A DNA stretch of 64,000 bases from an uncultured candidate division Zixibacteria bacterium (GCA_963702205.1 OY969724.1:1856001-1920000), one strand, 5' to 3'. Positions 16,011-27,642 are shown, counted from the first letter of the stretch. Notes: a model not told the origin generated them from the sequence alone. Numbers and translations are program-made.

Positions 16011-18269
16011 ATGCATTTCAGGATCGCCAAGCTCGCCGTACTGCCTCTTTTTTTGCTTATCGCGTCGGTTTCTCTGGCGCGCGACTCCAAGATCGACGCC
16101 ATCGTCGGACCGGAACGACAGCTCACCCCGTCGGAGTTTCACAGTATCCTCGGGCAAATAAAAGCCTATCAGCTCGACAGAAGCCGCGTGGCCCAGTCAA
16201 TCGCGGCCGCATCGGGGCAGTCCGATTTTGATCCATACTCCATCGATGCTCAATTCTATGAGGTAACGATGAGAGTCGATATTCCCGGCCAGTTGATTTA
16301 CGGCGATGTAAAGGGCGTTTACCGATCACAGGTTAACGGTTTGACGAACATAGAAATCGATCTCGATACAACGCTTACGGTCGACTCTGTTTATAATTCT
16401 TCGGGCAATATGAGTTTTACTCACGCCGATATGCGGCTGAACGTGACGCTTGATCGAGCTTATGATTCGGGCGAAGACGCCTCGATCAATGTCGTATATC
16501 ATGGACATCCGACCGAAGGCGGCTTTCAGGCGTTCAGCTTCGATACCCGCAACGACGGCACCGGGACGGTGCCGGTTGTAGCATCGCTTTCGGAACCGTA
16601 TTTTGCCCGGACCTGGTGGCCGTGCAAGGACCGCCCCGATGACAAGGCCGATTCGATGGATATTCATATCACCAACGATATAGCGTATTATTGCTCCTCT
16701 AACGGGACGTTGATCGATACGGTCAACAATGGCGACGGCACCAAAACTTTTAATTATCAGGTTCGTTATCCGATTGCCACCTACCTGTTCGCGATTTCAA
16801 TCAGCAATTATGCCGTGTGGTCGAATTATTACAAATATTCACCGACCGATTCCATGCCTATTATCAACCACGTCTATATGGATGATCTGACCCTGTCGCA
16901 TGCCAATTACGCCATAACGCCGAACGCCATTTCGATATATTCGGATCTTTTTGGTCAGTACCCTTTCCTGAATGAAAAGTACGGCCATACCAATTTCCAA
17001 TGGGGCGGCGGCATGGAACACCAGACCAACACGTCCATGACCGGGACCTGGTTCGGATTTTATGAACCGACCATCGTCCATGAACTGGGCCATCAGTGGT
17101 GGGGCGACATGATCACGTGCGAGTCGTGGCATGACATATGGCTGAACGAAGGATTCGCCTCTTACTGCGAAGCTCTTTACTATGAAGCAAAGGACGGCGA
17201 GGCGGCTTATCATGATTACATGGCCGGGATGAACTATAGCGGATCGAGAACGATATACGTTTATGATACGACCAACACCAATTCTATTTTTGACGTTGTC
17301 GTATATGACAAAGGCGCCTGGCTGCTGCACATGCTCAGGCACGTGGTCGGCGACGCCACATTTTTCGACATCCTGCATACCTATTACAACAGCTCGGCGC
17401 AGTACGGATCGGCCAGCACCGACTATTTCATCAATATCTGCGAAAGCGTCTCCGGCAAAGATTTAACGCCGTTTTTCGACGACTGGCTGTACGGGCGCTA
17501 TCGTCCCAACTATTTGTACGAAAGATTCAGCGAGTTCGACGCCGACTCATCCAAGTGGGTAACCTACCTGAAATTACGCCAGGCTCAGTCGGTCGACCCG
17601 CTCGTGTTCAATATGCCGATTGATTTCGTGTTCACTTATGCGGTTGGCGCCGACACGATTGTCATCGACAACGACACCCGGGACACGATTTATACCGTCT
17701 ATACCGACGACCAACCCGTCACGATTGCGCTCGATCCGGACAATTGGATTCTCAAATTCGCGGCGGAAAACTCGTGGAAAATTCATTTTCTCCCGGGTGT
17801 CGTCGACACCGGGCAGGTTTATGAAGCGTATGATTACCAATTCGTGGCCAAAGGCGGCAGTGGGCAGTTCAAATTCCTGATTACGACAGGTGTGCTTCCG
17901 ACCGGCCTGTCCCTGGATTCACTAACCGGTGAGATAACCGGTTTTCCGGAACAGAGCGGAGATTTCACGTTCAGTGTCAAGGTCCAGGATTACTTCAATG
18001 CGGCCTCGAATGAAACCAGGGAATTTACGGTAAGTGTCAACCCGCCGCCGTTTGCGCCGGGCGATTTTAATCAGGACGGAGATATAAATCTACTCGACGT
18101 CCTTAAAATGATTTCATTCATCTACGAATCAGGCGCAGCTCCGCCCGATCCGAATCTGGGCGACGTCGACCATTCCTGCAACATCGACCTTATCGATATT
18201 TTGTACGTAATAGATTTTGTTTATAATGGCGGGCCGGCACCCCTGATGGGCTGCGTCGTGCCCTGGTAA
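16011..18269 (+). CDS. Secreted M1 family zinc aminopeptidase with putative Ig domain and C-terminal dockerin-like domain
   Basis: GGMEH, HELGH-x18-E (WLNEGFA), VYDKG, LPTGLSLD...GEITG (He_PIG-like), GDFNQDGDINLLD / GDVDHSCNIDLID. Confidence 0.9.
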   Translation: MHFRIAKLAVLPLFLLIASVSLARDSKIDAIVGPERQLTPSEFHSILGQIKAYQLDRSRVAQSIAAASGQSDFDPYSIDAQFYEVTMRVDIPGQLIYGDVKGVYRSQVNGLTNIEIDLDTTLTVDSVYNSSGNMSFTHADMRLNVTLDRAYDSGEDASINVVYHGHPTEGGFQAFSFDTRNDGTGTVPVVASLSEPYFARTWWPCKDRPDDKADSMDIHITNDIAYYCSSNGTLIDTVNNGDGTKTFNYQVRYPIATYLFAISISNYAVWSNYYKYSPTDSMPIINHVYMDDLTLSHANYAITPNAISIYSDLFGQYPFLNEKYGHTNFQWGGGMEHQTNTSMTGTWFGFYEPTIVHELGHQWWGDMITCESWHDIWLNEGFASYCEALYYEAKDGEAAYHDYMAGMNYSGSRTIYVYDTTNTNSIFDVVVYDKGAWLLHMLRHVVGDATFFDILHTYYNSSAQYGSASTDYFINICESVSGKDLTPFFDDWLYGRYRPNYLYERFSEFDADSSKWVTYLKLRQAQSVDPLVFNMPIDFVFTYAVGADTIVIDNDTRDTIYTVYTDDQPVTIALDPDNWILKFAAENSWKIHFLPGVVDTGQVYEAYDYQFVAKGGSGQFKFLITTGVLPTGLSLDSLTGEITGFPEQSGDFTFSVKVQDYFNAASNETREFTVSVNPPPFAPGDFNQDGDINLLDVLKMISFIYESGAAPPDPNLGDVDHSCNIDLIDILYVIDFVYNGGPAPLMGCVVPW

Positions 18270-18287
18270 AATCTCTCGGACTGCTTC

Positions 18288-18320
18288 AAAAAAGCCCCGG
18301 TTTAAGCCGGGGCTTTTTTT
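18288..18320 (+). terminator. Intrinsic terminator
   Basis: AAAAAAGCCCCGG-TTTAAG-CCGGGGCTTTTTTT. Confidence 0.85.
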
Positions 18321-18449
18321 ATAGGGTAATCATAAGCGCCGCGCCGTATAAACTATTTGACCTGAGCGGGCAATTAACTGATATTTGGCCGATGCCGGGA
18401 AGAAATCGCCGCGATTACCCGCCGGGCAAACATTGATGAGCTAAAATAT

Positions 18450-19749
18450 ATGAATTCGGGAACTTATAAAATAATCACCTTTGGATGCCAGATGAATCTG
18501 GCCGACTCGGGTATCTTGGCATCGTTGCTAAACGCCCGGGGATACCGGCCGGTTGAAACCGAGGCCGAAGCCGATTTATTGATCCTCAATACCTGTTCGG
18601 TGCGCGAACGCGCCGAAGAGCGAGTTTTTGGCCGTCTGTCCGAACTGAGCGCCTTCAAGCGGCAAAACGGTGTCAGGCTGGCGGTGGTCGGGTGCATGGC
18701 CCAACGGCTGGGACCAAAAATCCTCGAGCGGGCTCCCTATGTCGATTTTGTTCTGGGGACCGACCGGTTGTACGATCTGCCGAATTTTGTCGCACAGAAA
18801 AACGGCGCACCAAAGGTGAACGTCGATTTCGGTTACGAAGACGTCGGCGACGTCATGCCCCGCCGCGATACAACGTACAGCGCCTTCGTAACCATCTCAC
18901 GCGGCTGCGACAACTATTGCAGCTATTGTATAGTACCCGTACGTTCGCGGACACGAGCGCTCGTACCCTCTGACTCAGATCATCAGCCAGGTCAGGCAAC
19001 TGGTCGACGATGGCGTGCTGGAAGTTACGCTGCTCGGCCAGAATGTCAATTCATACGCCGCCGACACCAATGATTTTTCCGACCTCCTGGAGGCCGTGGC
19101 CAAAGAGACCGATGTCCGGCGCCTTCGCTTTATGACCTCGCATCCCAGGGATTTATCGGATAAACTGATAGACACTATGGCCGGTGAGGCGAAGGTCATG
19201 AAGCATCTTCACCTGCCGCTGCAGGCGGGGTCGAATGATATCCTAAACAAAATGGGGCGGGTGTATACTATAGAGCACTATCAAAAGCTTGTAGACAAAT
19301 TAAGAAAAGCCGTGCCGGATATTTCTCTGACAACCGATTTGATTGTCGGCTTCCCCGGTGAGACCGAAGCCGATTATCAAAAGACTCTTGATGCCGTGAA
19401 TACGATTAAATTCGATTCGGCCTTTATGTTTCGGTATTCGGTCCGCGAGGGTACGGCTGCGGCCAGGCTGATTGATGACGTCCCCGAGCCGGAGAAGATT
19501 CGACGGTTGACCGAGCTTATCAAAATCCAGAAAGACGTCTCGCTCGAAAGAAACCGATCCGAAGTCGGGCTGGTGCGTTCGGTCCTGGTCGACGGTTTTT
19601 CGCGCCGCAGCCGGGAATTTTTGAAAGGCAAAACCGAGGGAAATAAAACGTTGCTTTTTAAGGCTCCGCCTGTGTACATTGGTCGAATAGAAAAAGTCAG
19701 AATTACTGCCGCCGATAGCTGGACTCTTCACGGGGAGTTGGTTGGGTAA
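18450..19749 (+). CDS. miaB: tRNA-2-methylthio-N6-dimethylallyladenosine synthase, split by an apparent +1 frameshift at 18936-18938
   Basis: TFGCQMN, NTCSVRE, GCDNYCSYC, TRAM domain. Deleting one C restores CIVPYVRGHERS. Confidence 0.92.
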
Positions 19750-19752
19750 CAA

Positions 19753-22669
19753 ATGCTGAATCTAACACTGGCTGTCATTTATATTTTGATTGCCGTCGGT
19801 CTTGCCGTCTTTTTATTGCTACGCCTGAATATATACGGTACTCGCGAGGCCGGGGGCCGGGGATTGATTTACGGCGGCCTGATCCTGATCGTTGCGGCAG
19901 CGATAGTGCATCTTTTACAGGCGTTGCCGTCCTATCCGACATGGTTTCTCGACGGAGTCTATCCGGCGGTGCAGGTCGTCAAGGCGGTATTGTCAATTTC
20001 GGGGCTGATTCTTACGGTAATCGGATTGATATTCTTTTATAATTATTGGGGCGAGCGGGACGTTGAAGTCGTCAATCATCTCGAAAAACTGAAACTGCTC
20101 GATACTCTTCAGCAGGAAAGCCATTTTCCATACCCGATGATCGAACTGCTCGACCGTATTTTGAAAGGCCTGTTAAACGGCCTCGGAGAACAGGCCGGAG
20201 CCATTTTCCTGTACAATCAAAAGAAGCGGACGTTCGTGCTGGCGACGTCGGCCGGTCTGAAAAAAGAAGAAATATCTTTGCTCGAGTACCTATCCCTACG
20301 GCCATAACATTGTCAGTCAGGCGATCGAGGACGAAAAGCCGATGATTACGTCGGACTTCCGTTCGCTTGGGGGGAAAGCCCAGTTGGCGGCGTCGAACTT
20401 CCGGTCGATTCTGGTCGTGCCGTTGAAATCGGGAAGATCCGCGCAGGGAGCGATGCTGTTCTTCTCGACCGAAGAAAAACGCTATGGCCGTGAGTACATC
20501 TCGACCGTATTGCCGATTGCCGAATGGCTGGTCGAGAAAATCGAAGTTTCCCGGCTAACCCAGGAGCTCAAAAAAGCCCAGAACGAAATCGAAGCCAAAG
20601 GACGTGTCTGGGAGGAATCCGGCCGCCGCCTGAGCGCTTTGTTGTCCACCCACGACGAAAAACTTACGGTCGATACGTTTGCCCGGCGCTGTCTGGGTAT
20701 GGCCGGATCGGATGAGGTCTGGCTTCTGGGTATGGCCGACGGCAAACTGGAAATTTACGGCGGCACCGGCAACAAACCCGATTTCTCGGAGAACTTCAAA
20801 TCCGCGATTATCAACGCCATCGGCAACGGCCGGGCCGTGATACTCAATCAGGAAGGCACCGACGATAGCGGCCAGGGTTTCATCGCACGAGCGTCGATAT
20901 TCATGCCGATCAATAAATCCCGCAATGCCATTCTTATGCGCAACAACAGCGGGCCGATCCGGTTGACCGAAGACGAACTGCATCTTCTGGAGACAGTGGC
21001 GGCGCTGGCGGCCGTTGTGCTGGGTCGAGAGACGGCGGTTGGGCTGGGCGATTCGCGCAGTCGCGGCTTCGAGATTATATCCCAGGTCCTGCGCATGACG
21101 TTTTCGGTCACGGCTCCTCAAAAGCCACTTATAGAACTGACAAAACATATTGAGAGCCTTCTGCCCATTGAAAGCCTTTTACTATTATATGAACGGCGCG
21201 CCGACCGTCTTGGTATTGCCCGGACCAATATCGAAAGCGAGGCAGCGGGGGAAATATCGCTGGCGCTTGGCGAAGGTTCAACCGGCCGCGCGGCGGCGCT
21301 GCGACGAATTGAATCATCGTTCGGCTCCGAAAAGGTCGGGCGCGAACTGCTGGAATTCGACGACGAAAACCGGGGGAGACTGCTGTCTCTGGCCGGTGAG
21401 CGAGGGACGCCGGTATTTATGGCTGACTATCCCATAATGATCGGCGATACGGCGGGGTACATACTGTCGATCCTATCATTCAGCGGATCATCGGCCTCGC
21501 ATACCGAACTGCACCGCCTGCTGTCGGTCATTATCGGACTGGCCAACCTGAAATTGGAAATTTCATCGGCCGGTCATACATTGCAGAAAACTCTGCCCGA
21601 GAAAGCTTCTGGTGCACTCAGTGCCTCGGTCATTAACGAGATCAATAACGATCTCCTGGCAATTTCTGGTCATTGTCAACTGGCGCTTCGGGAGCCGAAT
21701 ATCGACGGCGCTCTCCTGCAGTCGCTGACAAAAATCGAGAAGACCTCTCAGGCGATGGCCGATCGGCTCAAAAGCGCCATAACAAAGACCGCGCTCGATA
21801 AAACGGTCACTTTGAAACCTCTCGATATCAACGGAGAAATAAAGAAGATTCTCGATAAGTCCATTATATCGGGCGATCTGTATATGATCGATACCCGGCC
21901 GTACGAAATGAACTTCCTGCCGGGAGACATTCCGGCTCTGGCCGCCGATACGCATGTGTTTTCGAACTTCATGCGGGCGGCGCTGAAAGCGTTCGCGCGG
22001 GGTGTCGGCGGTGAAGAAGTCATCACCGTAAGTACATACAAAAGCATGGGGCATATTTATATCGACGTTTCCAAACACCGCAAGAATTTCCCGCCGGTAG
22101 AAGCGGTATCAGGTTTTGGAAGATATCGGACTCTGGACGCCGCCGAATCGACGCTGCCCGATCAGGCGTTGAGCGAATTTTTGTCTTTTCAGAACGGGGC
22201 TTTGGCGCGGGATCGGTTTTCCGAAACACCGTCATACTTTTCTTTCCGCCTGCCGTTCGAACCGACGGCCGGGAGAATGGCCGGAAGAACGCCTCGGCAC
22301 GAAAAGCTGACCGTCCTTGCCGTAGACGATCAGGCCATAATTCTCGATTTGCTCGCGGCCATGTGCCAGTCGCTGGGGCATGAAATTGTGGTTTCAAACG
22401 ACAGCGAGGACGGCCTGCACTTGCTTAAGAAACATCGTCCCGACCTCGTTATTATAGATATGGCGATGCCGGGGATGTCCGGGCTGGAGTTGTCCGCGCG
22501 GCTTAAAGCCGTTTCGCCCGATACGCCGGTCATTATGATAACCGGCTGGGGGGTCCAGATCGAACCGGACCGTCTCGGCCGCGCCGGGGTCGACCACCTT
22601 CTCCACAAGCCGTTTCGGCTCGAACAGTTGTCCGAAATCATAGATAATTTACCAATTTCACGGGTATAA
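19753..22669 (+). CDS. Membrane-anchored GAF / degenerate kinase / receiver-domain protein, split by an apparent +1 frameshift near 20290
   Basis: Three TMs. The GAF domain continues across ORFs 19753..20307 and 20342..22669. C-terminal REC has VDD, D-MAMPGMSG, ITG, KPF. Confidence 0.75.
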
Positions 22670-22681
22670 GCCGGAATCGGT

Positions 22682-22708
22682 TCAATTTACGGGATAATCC
22701 GCCGATAA
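22682..22708 (+). promoter_or_regulatory. Sigma28 (FliA/SigD)-type promoter
   Basis: TCAA-N15-GCCGATAA, 10 nt before the HDOD start. Confidence 0.65.
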
Positions 22709-22718
22709 CTGGACTATC

Positions 22719-24020
22719 ATGGTGAAAACGGCGCTGAAATCATCCCCTGACGTGCGCTCCGAAATCGCCGAAAACAGCGATCTCCTGGCGCTTCCCGAAT
22801 CGGTCATTCAGGTTCTTGAATCCGTCAGTAAAGACGATGTTAGTTTCGACAGCCTGGCCGACATTATCGGTCACGATCCGGCTTTGACCGGGCGTCTGCT
22901 TAAAATCGCCAATTCGCCGTTTTACGGGTTGAACCACAGGGTCCATTCCATAAATCAGGCGGTGATGGTCCTCGGTATCACGACCGTCAAATGCCTGGCG
23001 CTCTCGGCGGCAATTTTCAGCCCCGATAAAATCCCCGACAAATGCGACCTTGATATAAATTCACTTTATGGCAATTTTATTTCCATAGCCACGACCGGCC
23101 GCAAAGTGGCCGAAGCCTGCGAAATAGAGGCCCCCGAGGATGCTTTCACCTGTGGCCTTCTTCTGGATATCGGGCTCCTCTATTTCATAAACCACTATCC
23201 CGAAAAATACAATGCCGTCCTTCAGGATGCCAGAAAAACGGGCCGTCTGATCGAACAGGAAATGCGGCATTTCGGTATCTCCCACGCGGAGGTCGGCGGC
23301 CTGATTGCCTCCAAATGGTGCCTGCCGGAACATATCGCCGATGCCATCACACACCACCACGATGACTCTCCGGCCAAACCTAAAAAGCTGGGTGACATAG
23401 TGCGGCTGGCGGTTGTTCTGAACCGGGATATCCTTCTCGAAGACGACGCCGCTCTTGAAGATAAAATAAATCTGCTCGGGGTGACTTCCGAACGACTGGG
23501 CCTGTCCTCGTTGCAGCTGACCGATATTGCGGCGGCGACGGTTAAGGACTCCATGGCTTTCGCGCAGGCGATCGACGTCGAAATCGACGATTATGAAACC
23601 ATCCTGACCCGCGCCAACAAAGAAATTTTCAATACCTATTTGTCTCTGCAAACGCTGTTTCAGGAACGGCAGGACCTAAACGCCAGGATTCTCAAGGAAG
23701 AACGGACGAAGGGTATACTCGAAGCCAAACGCATCGCCACCTCGACCCTGTCGCATTATATAAACAATGCCGCTATGGAAATATCGGGCCATTCACAACT
23801 GATCCGGCTGGCTCTTGGCAAAAAGAGCGGAGACGAACTGAAAGGCATGATGCCGAGGGAACTCGATATTGTCGACGGAGCCGTCAAGAAAATCGTGGCC
23901 GTCCTCGAGGAAATCTCCGAGCTTAATATGCTCGATGAAATGGAATTTTTCGAGAAATCAAAAATTCTCAATATCGACAACAAGATCAAAGAACGCATCG
24001 CCGAACTCAATCAGTGCTGA
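22719..24020 (+). CDS. HDOD domain protein with C-terminal HisKA-like helical segment
   Basis: DPALTGRLLKIANSPFYG, AFTCGLLLDIG, SHAEVG...W.LP...HHH, then a coiled coil and TLSHYINNA. Confidence 0.88.
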   Translation: MVKTALKSSPDVRSEIAENSDLLALPESVIQVLESVSKDDVSFDSLADIIGHDPALTGRLLKIANSPFYGLNHRVHSINQAVMVLGITTVKCLALSAAIFSPDKIPDKCDLDINSLYGNFISIATTGRKVAEACEIEAPEDAFTCGLLLDIGLLYFINHYPEKYNAVLQDARKTGRLIEQEMRHFGISHAEVGGLIASKWCLPEHIADAITHHHDDSPAKPKKLGDIVRLAVVLNRDILLEDDAALEDKINLLGVTSERLGLSSLQLTDIAAATVKDSMAFAQAIDVEIDDYETILTRANKEIFNTYLSLQTLFQERQDLNARILKEERTKGILEAKRIATSTLSHYINNAAMEISGHSQLIRLALGKKSGDELKGMMPRELDIVDGAVKKIVAVLEEISELNMLDEMEFFEKSKILNIDNKIKERIAELNQC

Positions 24021-24137
24021 TCGCCGCTGGGCTTTATCAAAATTCCTACTCCCAATTTATATTGAATTGAGCCGTCCGTCTTCTTATTTTGTTTAACCAC
24101 AAAAGAATAAAACGTCTTCTTGAATATTGGAGTGAAT

Positions 24138-25652
24138 ATGAAGTGTACTACAATCATCGGAGCGATTGAAAACTGCCGGGCGGACTGCCTTGTGCTTTTT
24201 TGCAATGAGGTCGCCTTCGATAAAAATCCGTCTTTAAAGCGCTGGAACAACATCTTCGGCGGCGAGATAAAGGAATTGTTCGATTCCGGCGAGTTCAGTG
24301 GACGTCTCAATGAATCGACGGTCGTTCATTGCGCGCAAAACGAAAATATTCGAAGATTGATTCTGGTCGGACTCGGCAAACCGGTCGGTATATTTCATGA
24401 CAGCTATCGTCAGGCGGCGGGCACAGTTTCCAAGCTCGCGGCTGCCAGGAAATCGAGGAACCTGGCCGTCTGCCTGGAGAGTGCGGCGCAGGCCGAGTTC
24501 GTGCAAGCAATAGTCGAAGGTATCATGCTGGGCGGATTTGTTATAAATGATTATAAGACCGGCGACGTCGATTACTCGTTCCCTGAAGAAATCGTATTTT
24601 TCTGCAATACGAAGGCCGTAGCCAACAAGGCCGCCCGGCTGGCCGAATGGGGGAGAATTATATCCGAACAGGCTATTTTCACCCGCCGTCTGGCCGCGAC
24701 GCCGTCCAACGATCTGACTCCCCGCAAATTCGTCGCGATCGTCCAGAAAGAGGCCAAAAAATACGGCCTTTCCTCTCGGGCGCTCGATGAAAAACAAATC
24801 GTAGGAGAGAGAATGCTCGCCTTCAACTCCGTCGCGCGGGGCTCGGCCGAGCCGCCTCGATTGTTGATTCTGGAATATAACGGTGCCGCAAAAAATAACC
24901 GCCCGATAGTACTGCTCGGCAAGGGCATCACATTCGATGCGGGCGGCATATCGCTCAAACCGGCCTTAGACATGCACCACATGAAATCGGATATGTCCGG
25001 CGGCGCCGCTGTCGCGGGGGCCGTCATTGCCGCCGCCCGGCTTGGTCTCAAGCAGAATATCGTCGGATTGGTCCCCCTGGCCGAGAACCTACCGTCGGGC
25101 ACCGCCACGCGTCCGGGGGATATCGTCAAATCCCGCAAGGGGAAGACTATCGAGATTATTAATACCGATGCCGAGGGGCGTCTGATTTTGGCCGACGGCC
25201 TCGATTACGCCAATGAATTCAAGCCGCAGGCGGTCATTGATATTTGTACCCTGACCGGTGGTGCAATGTATGTCCTCGGGTACGGTGGAGCGCTTCTTAT
25301 GGGCAACAATGATAAACTCAAAGCTTCAGTCAAGAATGCTTCCGACGCCACTGCCGAAAGGACCTGGGAGCTGCCCTTGTGGGAGGAGTACGGCAACTGG
25401 ATGAAATCTGACATTGCCGATCTTAAGAATTCCGGCGGCAAGCACGGGACGTCGATTACGGCGGCGGCGTTCCTTCAGGAATTTACCGGCGACTGGCCCT
25501 GGGCGCATATTGATATCGCTTCGGTCGATTATATGCCGCCGCTTGAACCCGGCAAGTTTTCGAGGTCCTATATTCCGAGCAAGACCTATACGGGATTCGG
25601 CATGAGATTACTGGTGGAAATGTTATCGAACTGGAAGAAGGTCGGGCGATAG
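24138..25652 (+). CDS. pepA: Leucyl aminopeptidase (M17)
   Basis: GKGITFDAGG, MKSDMSG, NTDAEGRL, WAHIDIA. Confidence 0.95.
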   Translation: MKCTTIIGAIENCRADCLVLFCNEVAFDKNPSLKRWNNIFGGEIKELFDSGEFSGRLNESTVVHCAQNENIRRLILVGLGKPVGIFHDSYRQAAGTVSKLAAARKSRNLAVCLESAAQAEFVQAIVEGIMLGGFVINDYKTGDVDYSFPEEIVFFCNTKAVANKAARLAEWGRIISEQAIFTRRLAATPSNDLTPRKFVAIVQKEAKKYGLSSRALDEKQIVGERMLAFNSVARGSAEPPRLLILEYNGAAKNNRPIVLLGKGITFDAGGISLKPALDMHHMKSDMSGGAAVAGAVIAAARLGLKQNIVGLVPLAENLPSGTATRPGDIVKSRKGKTIEIINTDAEGRLILADGLDYANEFKPQAVIDICTLTGGAMYVLGYGGALLMGNNDKLKASVKNASDATAERTWELPLWEEYGNWMKSDIADLKNSGGKHGTSITAAAFLQEFTGDWPWAHIDIASVDYMPPLEPGKFSRSYIPSKTYTGFGMRLLVEMLSNWKKVGR

Positions 25653-25656
25653 TCAT

Positions 25657-25687
25657 AAAAAAAGCCCCGAATCTTCGGGGCTTTTTT
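25657..25687. terminator. Bidirectional intrinsic terminator
   Basis: AAAAAAAGCCCCGA-ATCT-TCGGGGCTTTTTT between convergent genes. Confidence 0.88.
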
Positions 25688-25692
25688 ATTGC

Positions 25693-26697
25693 TTATTTAG
25701 ACCAGGCCGGGGCGCTGTTCAATCCCGGTCCCACAATCTGTTTCAATCCGTTTCCGGTTATATCGATAATCCAAATTGAACCGTCGCCGGTGGCGAAAGT
25801 AATCCATTTGGAGTCCGGCGACCATGACAAAGGATAGGTCTGCAGGACTTGTCCCATAGACGGCTTATAGACGACATATTTTGCCGACAGGTCCCGATTA
25901 GTAATATACATCGCCTGCTTGTTCATATCCTTGGTAACATAGGCGATCCACTTGCCGTCCGGTGACCAGGCCGGACCGGTTGCTCCCGAGAGGACTTTGC
26001 ATTTGCTTAGCAGGATTTCTTTGGTCAGGCCTTTAAGGCTCAACGGACAGATGGCCATACCGACCTGATTGACACCCTTGTACACCACGCTGGCATAAAG
26101 GCTGTCCGGACTGAGGGTCGGCATTATCTCCATATATTCCGGGTCCTGCCAGTCGTTCTTCAGGATTTTGAATGACCCGCCTTCACCGTCCATAACGCAG
26201 GTTTGATAGTTGGGCATCTGCGCGTTGACCTTGTTGGCGTTGACGTCTTTGGTGAAAATAATCCGGCCGTCGCGCTGCCATTCAGGATAGGTGCCACCAA
26301 GTTCGTCGGTAATGCGCCGCCACCAGTTGGTGTTGACATCGGCGGAATCGACATACCCGAGGAAAATATCGTAAACCTTGTGCATGCCGCCGAGATAGTC
26401 GGGGCCTTTCAGATCGACCGAACCTTTGCGGACAAAGGCGATTTCTTTGCCGTCGGGCGACCACGATATCTTGCCGTCGACATTACCGGCCGTAACGACT
26501 TTTTTCTGATTGCTGCCGTCCCAGTTCATCATCCAGAGATCGTCGCTTTTAATAAACGCGATCTTGCCTGACGGGACGCCTATTTTTCCGGCCTTGTCGG
26601 CCGGCAGCTTCATTTCCTGGCCAAAGGCGGCCACTGCCGGAATTGCCAGTAAGAGGGCCAGAAGCATTGAATTTTGCAGTAATTTTCTCAAGGTCAT
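25693..26697 (-). CDS. Secreted TolB-like beta-propeller (PD40 repeats)
   Basis: Signal peptide. WSPDGKEIAF, PAWSPDGKWIAY, WSPDSKWITF, PAWS. Confidence 0.85.
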   Translation of the reverse strand: MTLRKLLQNSMLLALLLAIPAVAAFGQEMKLPADKAGKIGVPSGKIAFIKSDDLWMMNWDGSNQKKVVTAGNVDGKISWSPDGKEIAFVRKGSVDLKGPDYLGGMHKVYDIFLGYVDSADVNTNWWRRITDELGGTYPEWQRDGRIIFTKDVNANKVNAQMPNYQTCVMDGEGGSFKILKNDWQDPEYMEIMPTLSPDSLYASVVYKGVNQVGMAICPLSLKGLTKEILLSKCKVLSGATGPAWSPDGKWIAYVTKDMNKQAMYITNRDLSAKYVVYKPSMGQVLQTYPLSWSPDSKWITFATGDGSIWIIDITGNGLKQIVGPGLNSAPAWSK

Positions 26698-26773
26698 ATC
26701 CTGTCGGTTATAAATTTTAAATCTTCAATTTCTTGCCAAAATATGGCCTATACTGCGTCTGTCAATGCTTAAA

Positions 26774-27604
26774 TTACCATGAAAAATAGCGCTTTAATTC
26801 GACTGTCCCGCGGAAGCCCGAAAAATCGAGTCCCAGGTTTTGTCCATCGCTGGTATAGGCCAATTCAAGGTCACCACTCTGACTATTGTACGAGGTAATA
26901 TCCTTGAAGTTCAGATAAAAGTATCTGATGTCACCGGCCATTACCAGGCCCAGAACCGGGGCGGGATATTCCAGCCCGCCGGCAAACCAGAACCCGGGAG
27001 CGTTGGATTTAAGCGGTTCCGAGTCGGACTCGCCCGATTGCCAGACATTCCAGCGTGTCATATACAAACCGGCACCGGCACCGAATTTGACGGCTATGCT
27101 ATTGAGAGTGCCACTTTTATCGGGGCCATTGAGGACATAATAGTCCAGCCCGACATTGAAGCCATAAACGTCCACTTTGGAGCTGGCAATGAAATTGTCG
27201 TTGTATTCAAGGACGCCGACAGTAAGATTCGTATTCATGTCGGCCGGGGTTTTCATCGGAGTCCAGTAATCGAAGCCGATTTTGAAAGCCATGGCGTTCG
27301 AAACCATCATCCCCACTTGCAGTCCGATTTCATCCGAACGGAAAATTCCACCGTGCGGATTGAACGCGCCGTCGAGAGAGGCCAAGTCGGAACTCGATGA
27401 AAAAGTGAACGGGTTGTAACCGATATCATCGGAAAGCTTCCCGTATGAAAAATGGCCGGAAATAAAGCCAATTTTGTCCTGATGCTTCTTTTCGACCTTC
27501 TGGAGATACTTGGCGACGATCTCGTCCTCGGTTTGGGCGAGACAGGTAGCCGTCAGGCCGAAGGCGATTATCAGGGATACCAGAATGGCGGTTTTCTTGA
27601 ACAT
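26774..27604 (-). CDS. Outer-membrane beta-barrel protein
   Basis: RBS AAGGAGG before MFKK, signal peptide, amphipathic strands, C-terminal YFSW. Confidence 0.65.
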   Translation of the reverse strand: MFKKTAILVSLIIAFGLTATCLAQTEDEIVAKYLQKVEKKHQDKIGFISGHFSYGKLSDDIGYNPFTFSSSSDLASLDGAFNPHGGIFRSDEIGLQVGMMVSNAMAFKIGFDYWTPMKTPADMNTNLTVGVLEYNDNFIASSKVDVYGFNVGLDYYVLNGPDKSGTLNSIAVKFGAGAGLYMTRWNVWQSGESDSEPLKSNAPGFWFAGGLEYPAPVLGLVMAGDIRYFYLNFKDITSYNSQSGDLELAYTSDGQNLGLDFSGFRGTVELKRYFSW

Positions 27605-27642
27605 ACGTCCTCCTTGATTGCGCATCGATATTTTTCTTCTAA

